From Octopus sinensis (taxonomy: Eukaryota), in contig NC_043011.1 of the NCBI RefSeq assembly GCF_006345805.1, positions 27,850,464 to 27,914,463 of the forward strand: a stretch of DNA of 64,000 bases. The letters are read 5' to 3'. Below are positions 52,412-64,000 of this stretch, one piece after another. The stretch's first letter is position 1. Each line of letters opens with the position of its first letter. The notes beneath the pieces are model-generated. The model had not been told where the DNA came from, did not search any database, and was given only the letters and a program-made list of their open reading frames with translations. The position numbers and the translations under genes are program-made.

Positions 52412-53262
52412 CAGGTGGTCTGATCAATAAGAATCCGGACTGTTATTATAGTAACGAAGCTAAAACACGCAGAGAGAAGCCGCTTGCACAGAATGACCTT
52501 GAACTCTGTTGTGTATGGACACTAAGTTTTGACGTTGTAGCTCACTTCCGCTGTTTACAGTAGTGCTTTGATGGAAGGTGTAAAGCGTGTGATCGTCGTT
52601 TTAACAATCACAGAGAAAGTTTCATCAAACTTTGCCAACAGCTTCGCGATACTTGCTTAGAGGCCTACGCCAGGTTTACATAAAGGTTTTCATCGTTCTT
52701 GACACACAAGGAGATCTTGTGCAACTGAAACCCGAATGCAATTTTGGTCCGCTGAAAGTAGATTTGGCACAAACTTGGCAGACATGCGCCTCATACCAAA
52801 ATCTTCAGTGATAATGGACTGAACCGTAACTAATATGTGCATCCTCTGATAACTCACCGATGGTGGTTCGACGATTCTCCCTCACAGCTGAACGCACATC
52901 TGCGATGTTTTCTTCGGTTTTGGTTGCGGTTCTCTCACAACCTACGCCAATATCGACATTTTTAGGCCACCGTGGGTAGGTCTGAAACACTCGTACGGTT
53001 GTGTGCGGCTGATACACTCCTCCCCATACACTTTCTGCAACTGTGCAGGTGTCGCCATGGAAACTTTCTCTGTCATGGTCAATTCGACGATCAGACGCTA
53101 CACATCTTCCTTTCAATCACTGCTGTACACGGCGAAAGTGAGCTAGAACTCAATGTTTATGCACAACAGTGTGCAAGGTCAATCTTTGCCGAGCGGCTTC
53201 ACTCTGCGTGCTTTAGCCTCGTTACTATGGCAACAGTCTGGATACCTATTTATCAGACCTCG
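52412..53262. mobile_element. Mariner-derived element made of two oppositely oriented 5' ends
   Basis: ~200-bp diverged inverted arms (52417-52620, 53063-53260) with TA flanks. N-terminal transposase remnants on both strands (TEENIADVRSAVRENRRTTIGELSED on the minus strand). Confidence 0.8.
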
Positions 53263-53337
<75 letters not shown>

Positions 53338-54402
53338 TCATACATACACACAGATATATATATATATATATATACATACACACACGCGCACACACACATA
53401 TATATATATATATAGACACACACACATACATTTATCGTTATTTTATATAGCATACATGCATCCTGAACGTGCATGAAAAATCGGCCATTGTAGAGTAAAT
53501 GAATCATTAGCTATTTCTCTAATAAATTTTAACCTCCTATTATCACGGCCTCAAACAGAAGTAAACTTTTCCTATTCCATACATTCATATAAATGTATGT
53601 TGCACTGGTGACACGTAAATACGTAAAATGTAGTTGTAAGTCACTTTGTAGCTATTTAATGTTGAATTTACGTCTTAAGAACTTGTTTCTTTGTGTAATG
53701 TAATTGTTATGCGTCATTTTACTTTAACTGTTCTTCTCATTGTAGTTATAGTTATGGGAAGTTTATGTTTTCAGGATGTAGAGAAATTTCTTCTCGCTGA
53801 TGTTTAGCAGCAATGGACGTATACGACGTATACGCATAAGAAAGTAGATTGTTAACTGACTATAAAGCTTGCAAGATAAACAAATGAAATATATTAGGGA
53901 AAGTTATACTTATTATTTATTCTATACTCTGAGTATCAATAAACTACGATATACAAGTATATGCTATTGGTTTGAAGAACAAGCGAAATACATAAGTTGA
54001 CACACTGTCGTAAGAACTATAACACATAGACAAATACATACATACACATTCGCACGCTCACACCCATATATTAGAGAATTAATAACAAAAGAATAGGAGT
54101 TTCGGACACACTTTCATTTGCTTGCAATATACTGGAGATATTTTATAGTAGTAGAATAGTAGGTTTTTTACTGCTATTTCTAAATTTCGGTATGTGGTGA
54201 TGCAAATTTTGCTGAACCCTAATTATAATTATAATTATACTCATAATTATAGATTTTTTGTATAAGTTTACCTATAATGCTTCTTTTAACATACTGAACT
54301 ACTTGGTAATATTTATTGATTATTAATTAATTAATTAATTTTACCCTTTATTATTATTGATATATATGTGTGTCTGTGTGTGTGCATGCACGCGCGTGTG
54401 TC

Positions 54403-54468
<66 letters not shown>

Positions 54469-54473
54469 ATATG

Positions 54474-54532
<59 letters not shown>

Positions 54533-56339
54533 ATATATATGGATATATAAATATATCGTGATATTATTGAGATAAGTGGAACTTCAGGTTTCGTGTTTAA
54601 CGCTATATACCAACACAGGTGAGACTTTAAGTCTTTGCTAATTGTATAGACTAAAAAAGTAGACACACATTACCAGTATAGTTTGAGTTTATGAGCTGAG
54701 TTGTTTGACTCTACAACTGTATGCATAGAATCATATGTTCTTTGAAATTAGAACATTATGATACTAAACTAAACTTCACTATTAAACTACAAACCATGAA
54801 AGTAACGGCACAGTTATTCGGAAAATATATAATACTCTTGCCTATTGACCATTTATTAATAACGATATACTTTTTTTTAACACACACACACACATACACA
54901 CATACATACGCACTCAATATGATAAAATCTTATATAATCTGTCGAATTAACCTCTCACTATGTGACCGACATAGAATCTCTGGAGAATGACAGGCAAAGT
55001 GAACCTCAGTTCCGATGAGCGTAGAAGAGAGATATTGAGAGTTAAATCGTAAAACAATTTCATTCCGGCATTTCACTGTTCTTGCCCACTCTAACATATT
55101 AATGTGTCCATTAATAAAATGAGCTCACAAAAAAGAAACAAAGAAAAATCTCACTAGAGACTATTCCATTAACTTTCACAAGATACTTTACAGACATGAC
55201 ATAGCTGCTTAATAATCCAATATTGAACATTAATTTCCTCATTGGCATTAGTGATTCTTCAAAACTGCAGAATCAAGCCAAAATTTAAACACTAATAACG
55301 GTGGGTTGAAAGAATCGTTGGAGAAGTGGATAGAATATTCTAGTGGTATTTAACTAACGTTGGTTTACAAGCTGAGCTCAAATCCCGTCGGTGGCACTTT
55401 TTACCTTTAATCTTTACAAGGTCCATAAAATAAATTGCCAGCAACATAGTGAGTTACGTTACAGACTACACCCATCCTAACCCCATCGTATGTCATTTTA
55501 CCTGCTTTAGAAGTCGTTAATGCAGGATGCTGATTCATTAAAAATATAAAAGAAATAAAACCCATAGTGCCTCTACACAAAGAATTCTGGAGTTTGTAAC
55601 ACACATAGAAATAGAAACAGACAACATTGCAGGTATTTTTACATGCACAAGGAAATGCATTAGTTTCTGTAAAAGAATGTGCAAAAGTCCACGAAATGTT
55701 GGGTGTAAAAGTGTACATTTTGTATTTCGATATACTTCTTAGATCCATGATATGTATCTCTGCTATATAAAAGAATTTGAGTGTATGTAGGAGCGTATAT
55801 ATGTGTATATGTGCGTAGTGTGTGCAGCTGGATTTACAAATGCCAGAAAAAGTGTAACTCACTACTTACTCTATTATGCATTAATGATATTCATTTGTTG
55901 AATCTGGGGATCTTATAGTAGCTACACGCATGCTAGAGTTACGGGCATAACACTTTTCGTGTGCCAAAGGGCAATACATGAAACTCTAGCGCTTCGACAA
56001 TGAGTGTATTGTAATTCAAATTACAAAATTATTAGTTGTGTGTCGTGCATGTGTTGTGCAATGGAGCATCGATATAGAAGTCCATATAAGCCACTTATTT
56101 TCAAGCCACTCTCAAAAGAAGCTCTATATCAAATACCACAAGTCACGCTAACGTTTTTCTTTATTTTCTATAAAATTAATCTCTCTTCATCTTTGAATCT
56201 CGAGCATTCGTATTTATGGATTCACATATTTGGTATTTTTTCGTCTTTCAAAATTATGTTAGATTTATTTGCAAAATTTTGTCAGAAGTATACGGACAAT
56301 GAAATTTTCTACGTTCATTCACTATTTCACTATCACGAT

Positions 56340-56702
56340 ATGTGTATCTCCGACCACGATCAGAAACAGTGGAGGAGCATCAGAATCAGATGTGAAGAAG
56401 AATTAAGGGTTCGAATAATTCACCTCTGGAAACATGGGTGTTTCATACATTATTCTTAAACAACCTTCTTGAGCGGGACGGACTACACAACCTGAATTAA
56501 ATTCTAACTGGGCCCTACCTGCAAAATCATGGGCTGTCAATCTTGATATGTGGTCATCATATCGCGCACATAATATTGTGGTGGATGTGTCTTGTTTACC
56601 CTTATCAGACGCATTGTCATGATTGGTATATGGGACTTCGTATATTTGTAACCCTAATTGACTTTCATGACATGTACTGTTCTCTCTCTCAATAATAATA
56701 AT
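56340..56702 (+). mobile_element. 3' end of the 22535-23190 repeat family with short (AAT)n tail
   Basis: See 22535-23190. Confidence 0.7.
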
Positions 56703-56819
56703 GCTCTCAAAATTTTGCTCGCAAATTTTGAGAAACAAGTTAGTTAAGTCAATTACAACGACCTCATAATACTTAATTCTATTTGTGGGGATTGTGATCT
56801 CTCTTCCCCTTCTCTCCCT

Positions 56820-56920
<101 letters not shown>

Positions 56921-56933
56921 GAACGTATTCATG

Positions 56934-59561
56934 CAGAGGTGGGCACCATCAATGGATATGTTAACTTCGTTAATCATTAATCCGTTAACCAAAATAATTA
57001 ACTTCGTCAGTCGTTAATCCGTTGAAGTTAACGTTTATTGAAAACTGTATAACTACAGTTTAATACCCCACCAATTTATTGCCTCATAACTTCCAGAAAA
57101 TGGATACTTTTTAACGAAACGTTCACCAAATAATCGCTTATATCCTGCACATTAAATTTGTATAAATATTTGTTTGAAAACATTTTCCGATGGTTTGGTG
57201 AGAGGAGTTTCGGAAAATTCACTGGATCCGACATTTTCCTCTTCAACTTTCTGGAAAATGAGTATTTTTTAATAAAATTTTACACAGATACCTTTCAAAC
57301 GATTACAAAGAAATTTGCAGACAAAATATTTTGGAATGTGGCGGGGGAGAGGGTTGAGTTTCAGGAAAACTGAATTTCGGATCAGACGGCCCACTTAAGT
57401 TGGAATTTCTCCGTTTTGACAGGGATTTTTTCCAATGTTTTACACCAAATATTCAGAATGATGGGAGGCATCACTTCACAAAAAAATTTTTTCACACCCT
57501 CCACCTCCTCAGCACCCAAGTCTGAAACAATTTTGGCCATTTTCGTCTTTTCACTCCGCCCTTAAAACCCGTGAGGGAAACATTTTCGGTTTTTAAAAAT
57601 TGTTAATAATTTCAGAGGGAAAAGTGTGATTTAAGGGAGATCTGGCTGTTGTTTCTAGCATATCCCCAAATCTCCCTCCTCGTTTCTTTCTCACCCATAC
57701 ATCTATTGATATTTTTCAATATTTTTCTCGCCATAAACAAGTTTTATGAAATAATAATGTGTTATCTGTGTGTGTAAGAAAAATACACCTAAAAGCATCT
57801 TTAGTGTTCATATTAATGTCAATATATAATACTTTTTTATTTACGTTATTTTGAATTATTCAGGTTCAAGAGAGATATCCACAATATTTGCTTGTAACTG
57901 TAAATTTTCTACGTAGAGATTTGAAATTTTGTCAGTGAGTGCTTTATATACCACTGGTTTATTATGCAATTTTAGTTGATCTTGCTGAGTAAATTTGACC
58001 TTTATGAGACAGGTAAATTTTATTAACAGGTGTAAAAGCAATAACATTATGGATAAACACTAAAATTGAAATTCTTAATGAATCTTACCTGTTTGATTTG
58101 TTACTAAAGTCATCCTAGATGGCAACCGACAAAAATATTACCACTTTTCATGATGAGCTACATTAATTTGAATTAATTAAAATACAGGTATAATTGGTAT
58201 TAGATTTTATCCTTTCGATAAATATTTCGTACCTCGGTGTGGAATAATTTTTTCCACAGGTTTTTTCGGGTGCATTCAAAGTATCTGACCCCCAAACTCG
58301 CTGCAAGCCATTTTTTCCAGAAAAGAAGGGTGGGAGGAATGGTGGGGACCTCGAAGTTCCCCACTAAGGGAGTTTTGTTTCGTGAGTCTTTGTTCTTTTC
58401 CAGATTATTTTAATGCTTTCAACGAATGTGACATCGAAATCACGCCTAAACCGCTCCTTTTTCCAGAAAAGGAAAGATTTGGCTTCTATTTCTAGCATTC
58501 CCTGCTTATCACGCAACATCTATTTGTGTTCACAGCGAAATATTTACCAACTTTTTTCCTTCCACTTATTTTTTCCTCTTTATGGAACTCAATATTTTCT
58601 CTGTTGACATCCATCTCAGTTAATTTTGCATTTCTCCCAGTTCTGTGCTTTCTGATAGAAAAGCCCTCACAATATCTCAAAGCTACGAGAATTCACTAAC
58701 GTGATTTGTTGGTTTTTAAAAAGATTTCGTAGAGGAATTAGATATAATGGGTTTTGGCCGGTTTAAGCACTAAAGGGTTAAAAAGTGCCGAAACTATAAA
58801 ATTAGCTTTTTGGGCCCTTTTGAGGGCTTTAGAACCCCAAAACTATAGTTTTTTTCCTTAAAGTTAAAAATGCTGATTCTATTGTTTTAAATTTGAAAGG
58901 GCCTAAACAGGCTAATTTCATAGTTTTGACACTTTTTAAAGATTATTAAATTCTTTTAGGGCCAGAAAACAGTAGAGAAATACCTTATATGAAACAAAAT
59001 GTTAGTATTAAACTAAAACAAAAGTTTACTGATACAGTGGCTATAAAAAAAATAAAAATAAAAAAATGAAAAACACGATATATACATACTTTAATTCTCC
59101 CTCTTCTCCATTTTGTTGGTGAGATTCATGTTGACCTTCATGAATATTAACATATTAAAATTTACATCAGACAAGGACGATATCTTGGCACTCAAGATGT
59201 CCTTGCCCATGGAAAATAAACATTCAACTGCAGCACTGGGAGGGATGTTTGTGTTGAACTTGATGTACAAGTTCCCTAAGACTTGCTCAGTGAAAAAGGC
59301 AGCAACTGTCAGTAGATCTTTGGAGTTGGTCTCCAGACAGATCCTTACTAAATTCCGGGCCTTGTCCTTCAGTGAACTGTGGCTTGCACTCTCTTTTTGT
59401 TGGGTCAACACTGTTTCGATCAAGGGGCTGCAGTAGAAGAGTTTTGGGTTAAGGGACTTGAGTCAACGGAAGCTAAATCTTACGAGGTTAATCAGTTCGA
59501 TAATAAAAGTTAAATCGTTAACGAAAATATTAACGGATTAACGGACTTTCACCCAGCTCTG
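56934..59561 (-). mobile_element. hAT-type element, ~2.6 kb, internally rearranged
   Basis: Termini CAGAGGTGGGC / CAGAGCTGGGT, many subterminal TTAACG/CGTTAA repeats at both ends, and 8-bp flanks tattcatg / tatgtatg (6/8). Confidence 0.7.
59091..59423 (-). pseudogene. hAT transposase C-terminal dimerisation domain
   Basis: LYIKFNTNIPPSAAVECLFSMGKDILSAKISSLSDVNFNMLIFMK. Confidence 0.85.
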
Positions 59562-59649
59562 TATGTATGTATGTATGTATGTATGTATGTATGTATGTAT
59601 GTATGTATGTATGTATGTATCTATATATGTAAGTATGTATATATGTATG

Positions 59650-59711
<62 letters not shown>

Positions 59712-59906
59712 TATAGATATTTATATATATATAGTTATTAATAGTTATCGCCATACTAATATGGCATTCTTATAAAAATAAGAATAAAGCTGTCCGCTTA
59801 TTAGCTCCATGAGGCCATCGCCTTAAGTTAGCTATTTGATACACAAACTGTATCCATATAACCTTCGAACAAGGGAGGTCAGTCGCTCCACACTACTTGA
59901 TCGACA

Positions 59907-59948
59907 GCTACAGACGCGTTTCGGGGTATTGCCCCTTGTCAATGTAGC
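59907..59948 (-). ncRNA. Type I hammerhead, U3-A8 core, GUC site
   Basis: Minus strand: gctaca-TTGACAA-gggg caata cccc-GAAA-cgcg-TC-tgtagc. Confidence 0.8.
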
Positions 59949-60067
59949 GAGACTTAGTAGTTTTAATATTTCTATTATTGAAAACAAGTGGATGTATTCC
60001 ACCGAAACTAGGTAAATAAAACCTTCGAACAGAGATAGTCGGAAGCGACACCTACTGGTCTGACTAC

Positions 60068-60109
60068 GCTACATTGACAAGGGGCAATACCCCGAAACGT
60101 GTCTGTAGC
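60068..60109 (+). ncRNA. Type I hammerhead, U3-A8 core
   Basis: Same motif; stem III reads cgtg. Confidence 0.78.
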
Positions 60110-60428
60110 TGTCGATCAAGTAGTGTGGAGCGACTGACCTCCCTTGTTCGAAGGTTATATGGATACAGTTTGTGTATCAAATAGCTAACTTAAGGCGATG
60201 GCCTCATGGAGCTAATAAGCGGACAGCTTTATTCTTATTTTTATAAGAATGCCATATTAGTATGGCGATAACTATTAATTCCAGGAACGCTGCCGTGTTC
60301 TCTTTTAGAGAGACTTAGTAATTTTAATATTTCTATTATTGAAAACAAGTGGATGTATTCCACCGAAACTAGGTAAATAAAGCCTTCGAACAGAGATAGT
60401 CGGAAGCGACACCTACTGGTCTGAATAT

Positions 60429-60469
60429 GCTACATTGACAAGGGGCAATACCCCGAACGCGTCTGTAGC
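60429..60469 (+). ncRNA. Type I hammerhead, U3-A8 core, one A missing from GAAA
   Basis: Same motif; reads gaa-cgcg-tc. Confidence 0.7.
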
Positions 60470-60695
60470 TGTCGATCAAGTAGTGTGGAGCGACTGACCT
60501 CCCTTGTTCGAAGGTTATATGGATACAGTTTGTGTATCAATAGCTAACTTAAGGCGATGGCCTCATGGAGCTAATAAGCGGACAGCTTTATTCTTATTTT
60601 TATAAGAATGGCATATTAGTATGGCGATAACTATTAATTTCCAGAACGCTGCCGTGTTCTCTTTTTTTAGAGAGACTTAGTAATTTTAATATTTC

Positions 60696-60757
<62 letters not shown>

Positions 60758-61059
60758 ATTACATATGCATGTGTGAGCATATGCGTATACGTAAGACAGA
60801 TGGAGAGAGAGATGTGTGTGTATGTGTGTGTCATTTGCCTTTGTGATTCTTTCAAATTATTTTGACAAATAACAATCAACAATTACAAAAGAAAAGAAAA
60901 TTATCACTCTTGCCAAAACTTATTTTAGATTGACTACAGTTTTCAGTGCTCACGTAATAAAAAGTGAAACGCTTGCTGTTACATAACCGAGGTTTGATTA
61001 TCTTGATCGCTCCAGTTTTCATGTTTTTTTTTTGGGGGGGGGGGGGGCTGGGGGAGGCT

Positions 61060-62129
61060 ACAGAGTAATCATTGCCGCTCCGCGTACGGTGTGCATCAAG
61101 GAAGAACAGCGATCAGTAATCTGATTTCTCTGGTTTGAATGTGTGCTGAAATTCATCGCAGGCTTTCAAGGACAATACAAAGAACAGTACTCCCTCGCAT
61201 AGAAGTGTGTATGAATGGATCCAGAAGGGTAAAAACAGTTGGACAAACGTGATGTAAAAAGGAGTAGAATGCCCTTCAACCTCTAACAGAGAGACGAAAA
61301 TTCAACAAGCTTCTGAGATGGACCTGGTGAAACGTAGAGTTAGCATTTATAAGATGAAACGATCTCTGCAAATTGGTCACGATTCTGCATATGGATTCAA
61401 CCACAACATGCTTCGCTTCCGTAAATTTTGTGTGAATTGGGTTCCAAGAGAGCTTACTGAAGCGCATAACTCCAATTGTGCAGATATCTCTCAACGTTTA
61501 CGCGGTTCCTACAACGATGAAGGAGCAGCGTTTTTGGAGGGAATGAGTCCTAGGTCAGTTAGTTTGAGCTAGAATCGAAAAGGCGGAGTATGAAGTACAA
61601 ACACCTGGAATCGCCAGCAAAAAAGAAATTCATAACTCAATCTTCCATAGAAATAGTGACGCTGACTGTTTGGGGCGAAAGGAAAATAGTCTATACTGGG
61701 ACATTTTCCTGGAGAAGAGGTCTACAGTCACCAGTGTAGGCTAAAGTGAATTGGTAGTCAGCAAACTGAAACCAGCAATCAATACCAAACACTGAGGTCT
61801 ATTGTCAAGAGTATGTACGTACACATACGGTTGCTACACACTTAAAAATTGATTTTCGACCTTCTAGAACAACCTAGATACAGTCCAAATCTCAACCTAT
61901 CCGACTATCACCTTCTTGTACCACTTAAACATCATTTGCGATATCGTTGACTTGATGCAGACGAAGAACGGCAGAATGTGTGATCAGCCAAAGGTATTTT
62001 TCGATGGAATAAGACTGTGACGCTGGAACAAATACAGTGAAAATCGAAGGGATTGTGTCAACGAATGATGTAATTGTTTAACTCCTGCTTTTGTTTTAAT
62101 AAATCGCAAATTTTTGACTTACCTTCGTA
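61060..62129 (+). mobile_element. Near full-length but heavily decayed mariner
   Basis: Remnants KEEQRSVI*F, FRKFCVNWVPRELT, PRYSPNLNLSDYHLL. The right end ttgacttaccttcg-TA is present; the left TIR is not resolved. Confidence 0.8.
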
Positions 62130-62894
62130 TTATCTAATTAAGATGTTTTCAGTAATGTGTTGAGTACCATTTTAATTCGCTCAGAAACTGTTTCTGTTCT
62201 CATCATACTGAGAGAAAAAAACACCTATTGCATAAACGACATACTTATTTGAATCACAACACTTAAATATATCTTTACAAACGTTTCGGCTTTCAGATAT
62301 TGTATTCATTAAATAGATGTTTGTATTGATAATTTTGGCAAAGATTTTCGTCTTAGAGGAGTGTTATAGACTTGAAAAAATATATTTACAGGATGTGATT
62401 TAGTGAAAGAGATAATAGAGAGGATTAACAGAAGAGAAATCAGTCAAATATGTAGTAATTGGGAAGTTAACCGTCAAAAATTTGAAGCCAAACAATAAAA
62501 CGGACGGGCATCTATAACTTATACAGAGACGTAACGAAATGCGTAGCTAGTGACACTTAGAGACAATGAGCTGATTATAGACACACATGTGCCGAAACAT
62601 ATGCACATCTAGAAGCATAAACACATACCACACCGACATACTATGGTAGATAGAACTGGGTGGGGAAAGGTTGTCATGTAGGGAGGCAGTGAATGCACAT
62701 GCATATGTCTGTGTAAATACCCACAATTTACAAAAATTTGAAAGGGAGGGAATTCTAGGCAACCGGGTAACTAGAATAGAAGATAAGAAAAAATCGTAAT
62801 TCCAAGTCTTAAACACTGGTCTGCATACACCACTGGCATGAAAAACATTACTCCATACTCCCGCATATCCTTTGCAGTGATGGTCAAGGACTGT

Positions 62895-62927
<33 letters not shown>

Positions 62928-63389
62928 GCGTTCTGTAAGCTTTGGGGTTTTTGGAAAGCAGCGTCGATCTTTATGCGAGGTGATACGTTGGTTGTACGCT
63001 AGTGTAAATGAGTAGTACCCTTGTCGCGGAAACAAATATTCGCGGGTTTGAGTCCCACGCGTACGGAAAACATATTCTTTTCCGTAGAGGGCTTATATGA
63101 CCCTTTATTAGACTATTTTCGTTATTAATTGCTCAGTGATAACTTACAAGGTTTTAGCTTATAAAATACTATTATTTTTATTTATAGAATTGTGGGAATC
63201 GAAGCTGATTACCAAAAAGTCATCGCAAAAAAGTACATGAAGTTTGTTTACAAAAACAACACAACGAACTAAGTATAGCTCTTAAATCTGATGATAAAAA
63301 GTGAGGTTGTACGTTGGTGTAAATGGTATGCTACTATCACTTTTTACAGAATTGTAAATATAGATGCTGCTTACCAAAGATCATTTCAC

Positions 63390-63430
<41 letters not shown>

Positions 63431-63479
63431 GTGTGTGTGTGAGTGTTTGTATGTATGTATATACGTATATGTATGTGAC

Positions 63480-63680
63480 CTCGTGTGTACCGTTGGCGAT
63501 TTTTTTCCTCTGTCTTCTCTTTTCGGGATCTTTCCTTCTCCTGTTTTTCCGACGAAGAGCTCCGCTCAAACGTTAAACCCTCCTTCTTGCCTTCTTTCTT
63601 GAGCGTCCAATAATATATTTGTTCCACGTCCTCGCGTTGTTGTGTTTTTTTGTGTTATCTTGTTTGGATTAACTATATAT
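63480..63680 (+). mobile_element. PLE pLTR-like remnant with hammerhead at 63546-63577 (U4C core, G12 missing)
   Basis: ttt-CCGACGA-a-gagc tcc gctc-AAA-cg-TT-aaa. Architecture as at 19070; ends in (TA)n. Confidence 0.6.
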
Positions 63681-64000
63681 ATATATATATATATTATATA
63701 TATTATATATATATATATATATATAAAGGGCTTAGTAAAAAAATTATTAATACTCTTTCGCATACTGAACTCATTAGAAATAGCAGCTAAAAACTTTTTT
63801 AAGGCTATTTCTAATACTTAAAGAAAATCTCTCTCATATATAGTGTTTGCATAATTTAACTCACAAAAGTTTGGGGTAATGACATCGAAAAATCAAATGC
63901 AAAGTATTTATTTTACTAAGCCCTTTTATATAATGTAATAATTTGAATTCGCCTTGAATGGTCCCTTTGCATACTGAACACTTGGTGAATTGATTAATAA

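Larger units (their letters stand above)
59738..60700 (+). repeat. Retrozyme/pLTR-like array: one inverted 212-bp partial unit, two tandem ~361-bp units and the start of a third
   Basis: Unit starts (agacttagta) at 59950, 60311 and 60673; 59738-59949 is the reverse complement of 60067-60278; bounded by TA-rich microsatellites. Confidence 0.93.

Noticed and set aside
57850-58160. GT-AG intron-like gap on the minus strand inside the hAT element
   Set aside because: No reading frame stays open across the putative splice.
59738-60700. CRISPR array or satellite interpretation of the tandem units
   Set aside because: The units are ~361 bp with no repeat-spacer alternation, there are no cas genes, and the context is eukaryotic.

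Overview
Very AT-rich eukaryotic intergenic or intronic DNA, full of (TA)n, (TG)n, (TATG)n and (AAT)n microsatellites. The repeat set resembles cephalopod (Octopus-like) DNA, but that is an inference. I can support no intact host protein-coding exon; nearly all long ORFs in the supplied track are microsatellite translations or transposon remnants. Recognisable content: Penelope-like elements (PLEs; RT plus GIY-YIG remnants at 50-1571, 18975-20210, 36700-37640, 44790-45870), a CR1-type RT fragment, an RTE fragment, a Dong/R4-type RLE retrotransposon inside (TAA)n, several mariner/Tc1 and hAT remnants, a probable Helitron and many tRNA-derived SINEs. The main hidden signal is about 20 minimal type I hammerhead ribozyme (HHR) motifs from roughly 10 unrelated sequence families, most with a short palindromic stem III. 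Their arrangements include two head-to-head palindromes, one motif in the loop of a perfect 67-bp hairpin, and a 361-bp retrozyme-like tandem array. Recurrent core variants include a compensatory U3-A8 pair in two unrelated families and U4C in four. All HHR calls were made by eye and are untested.
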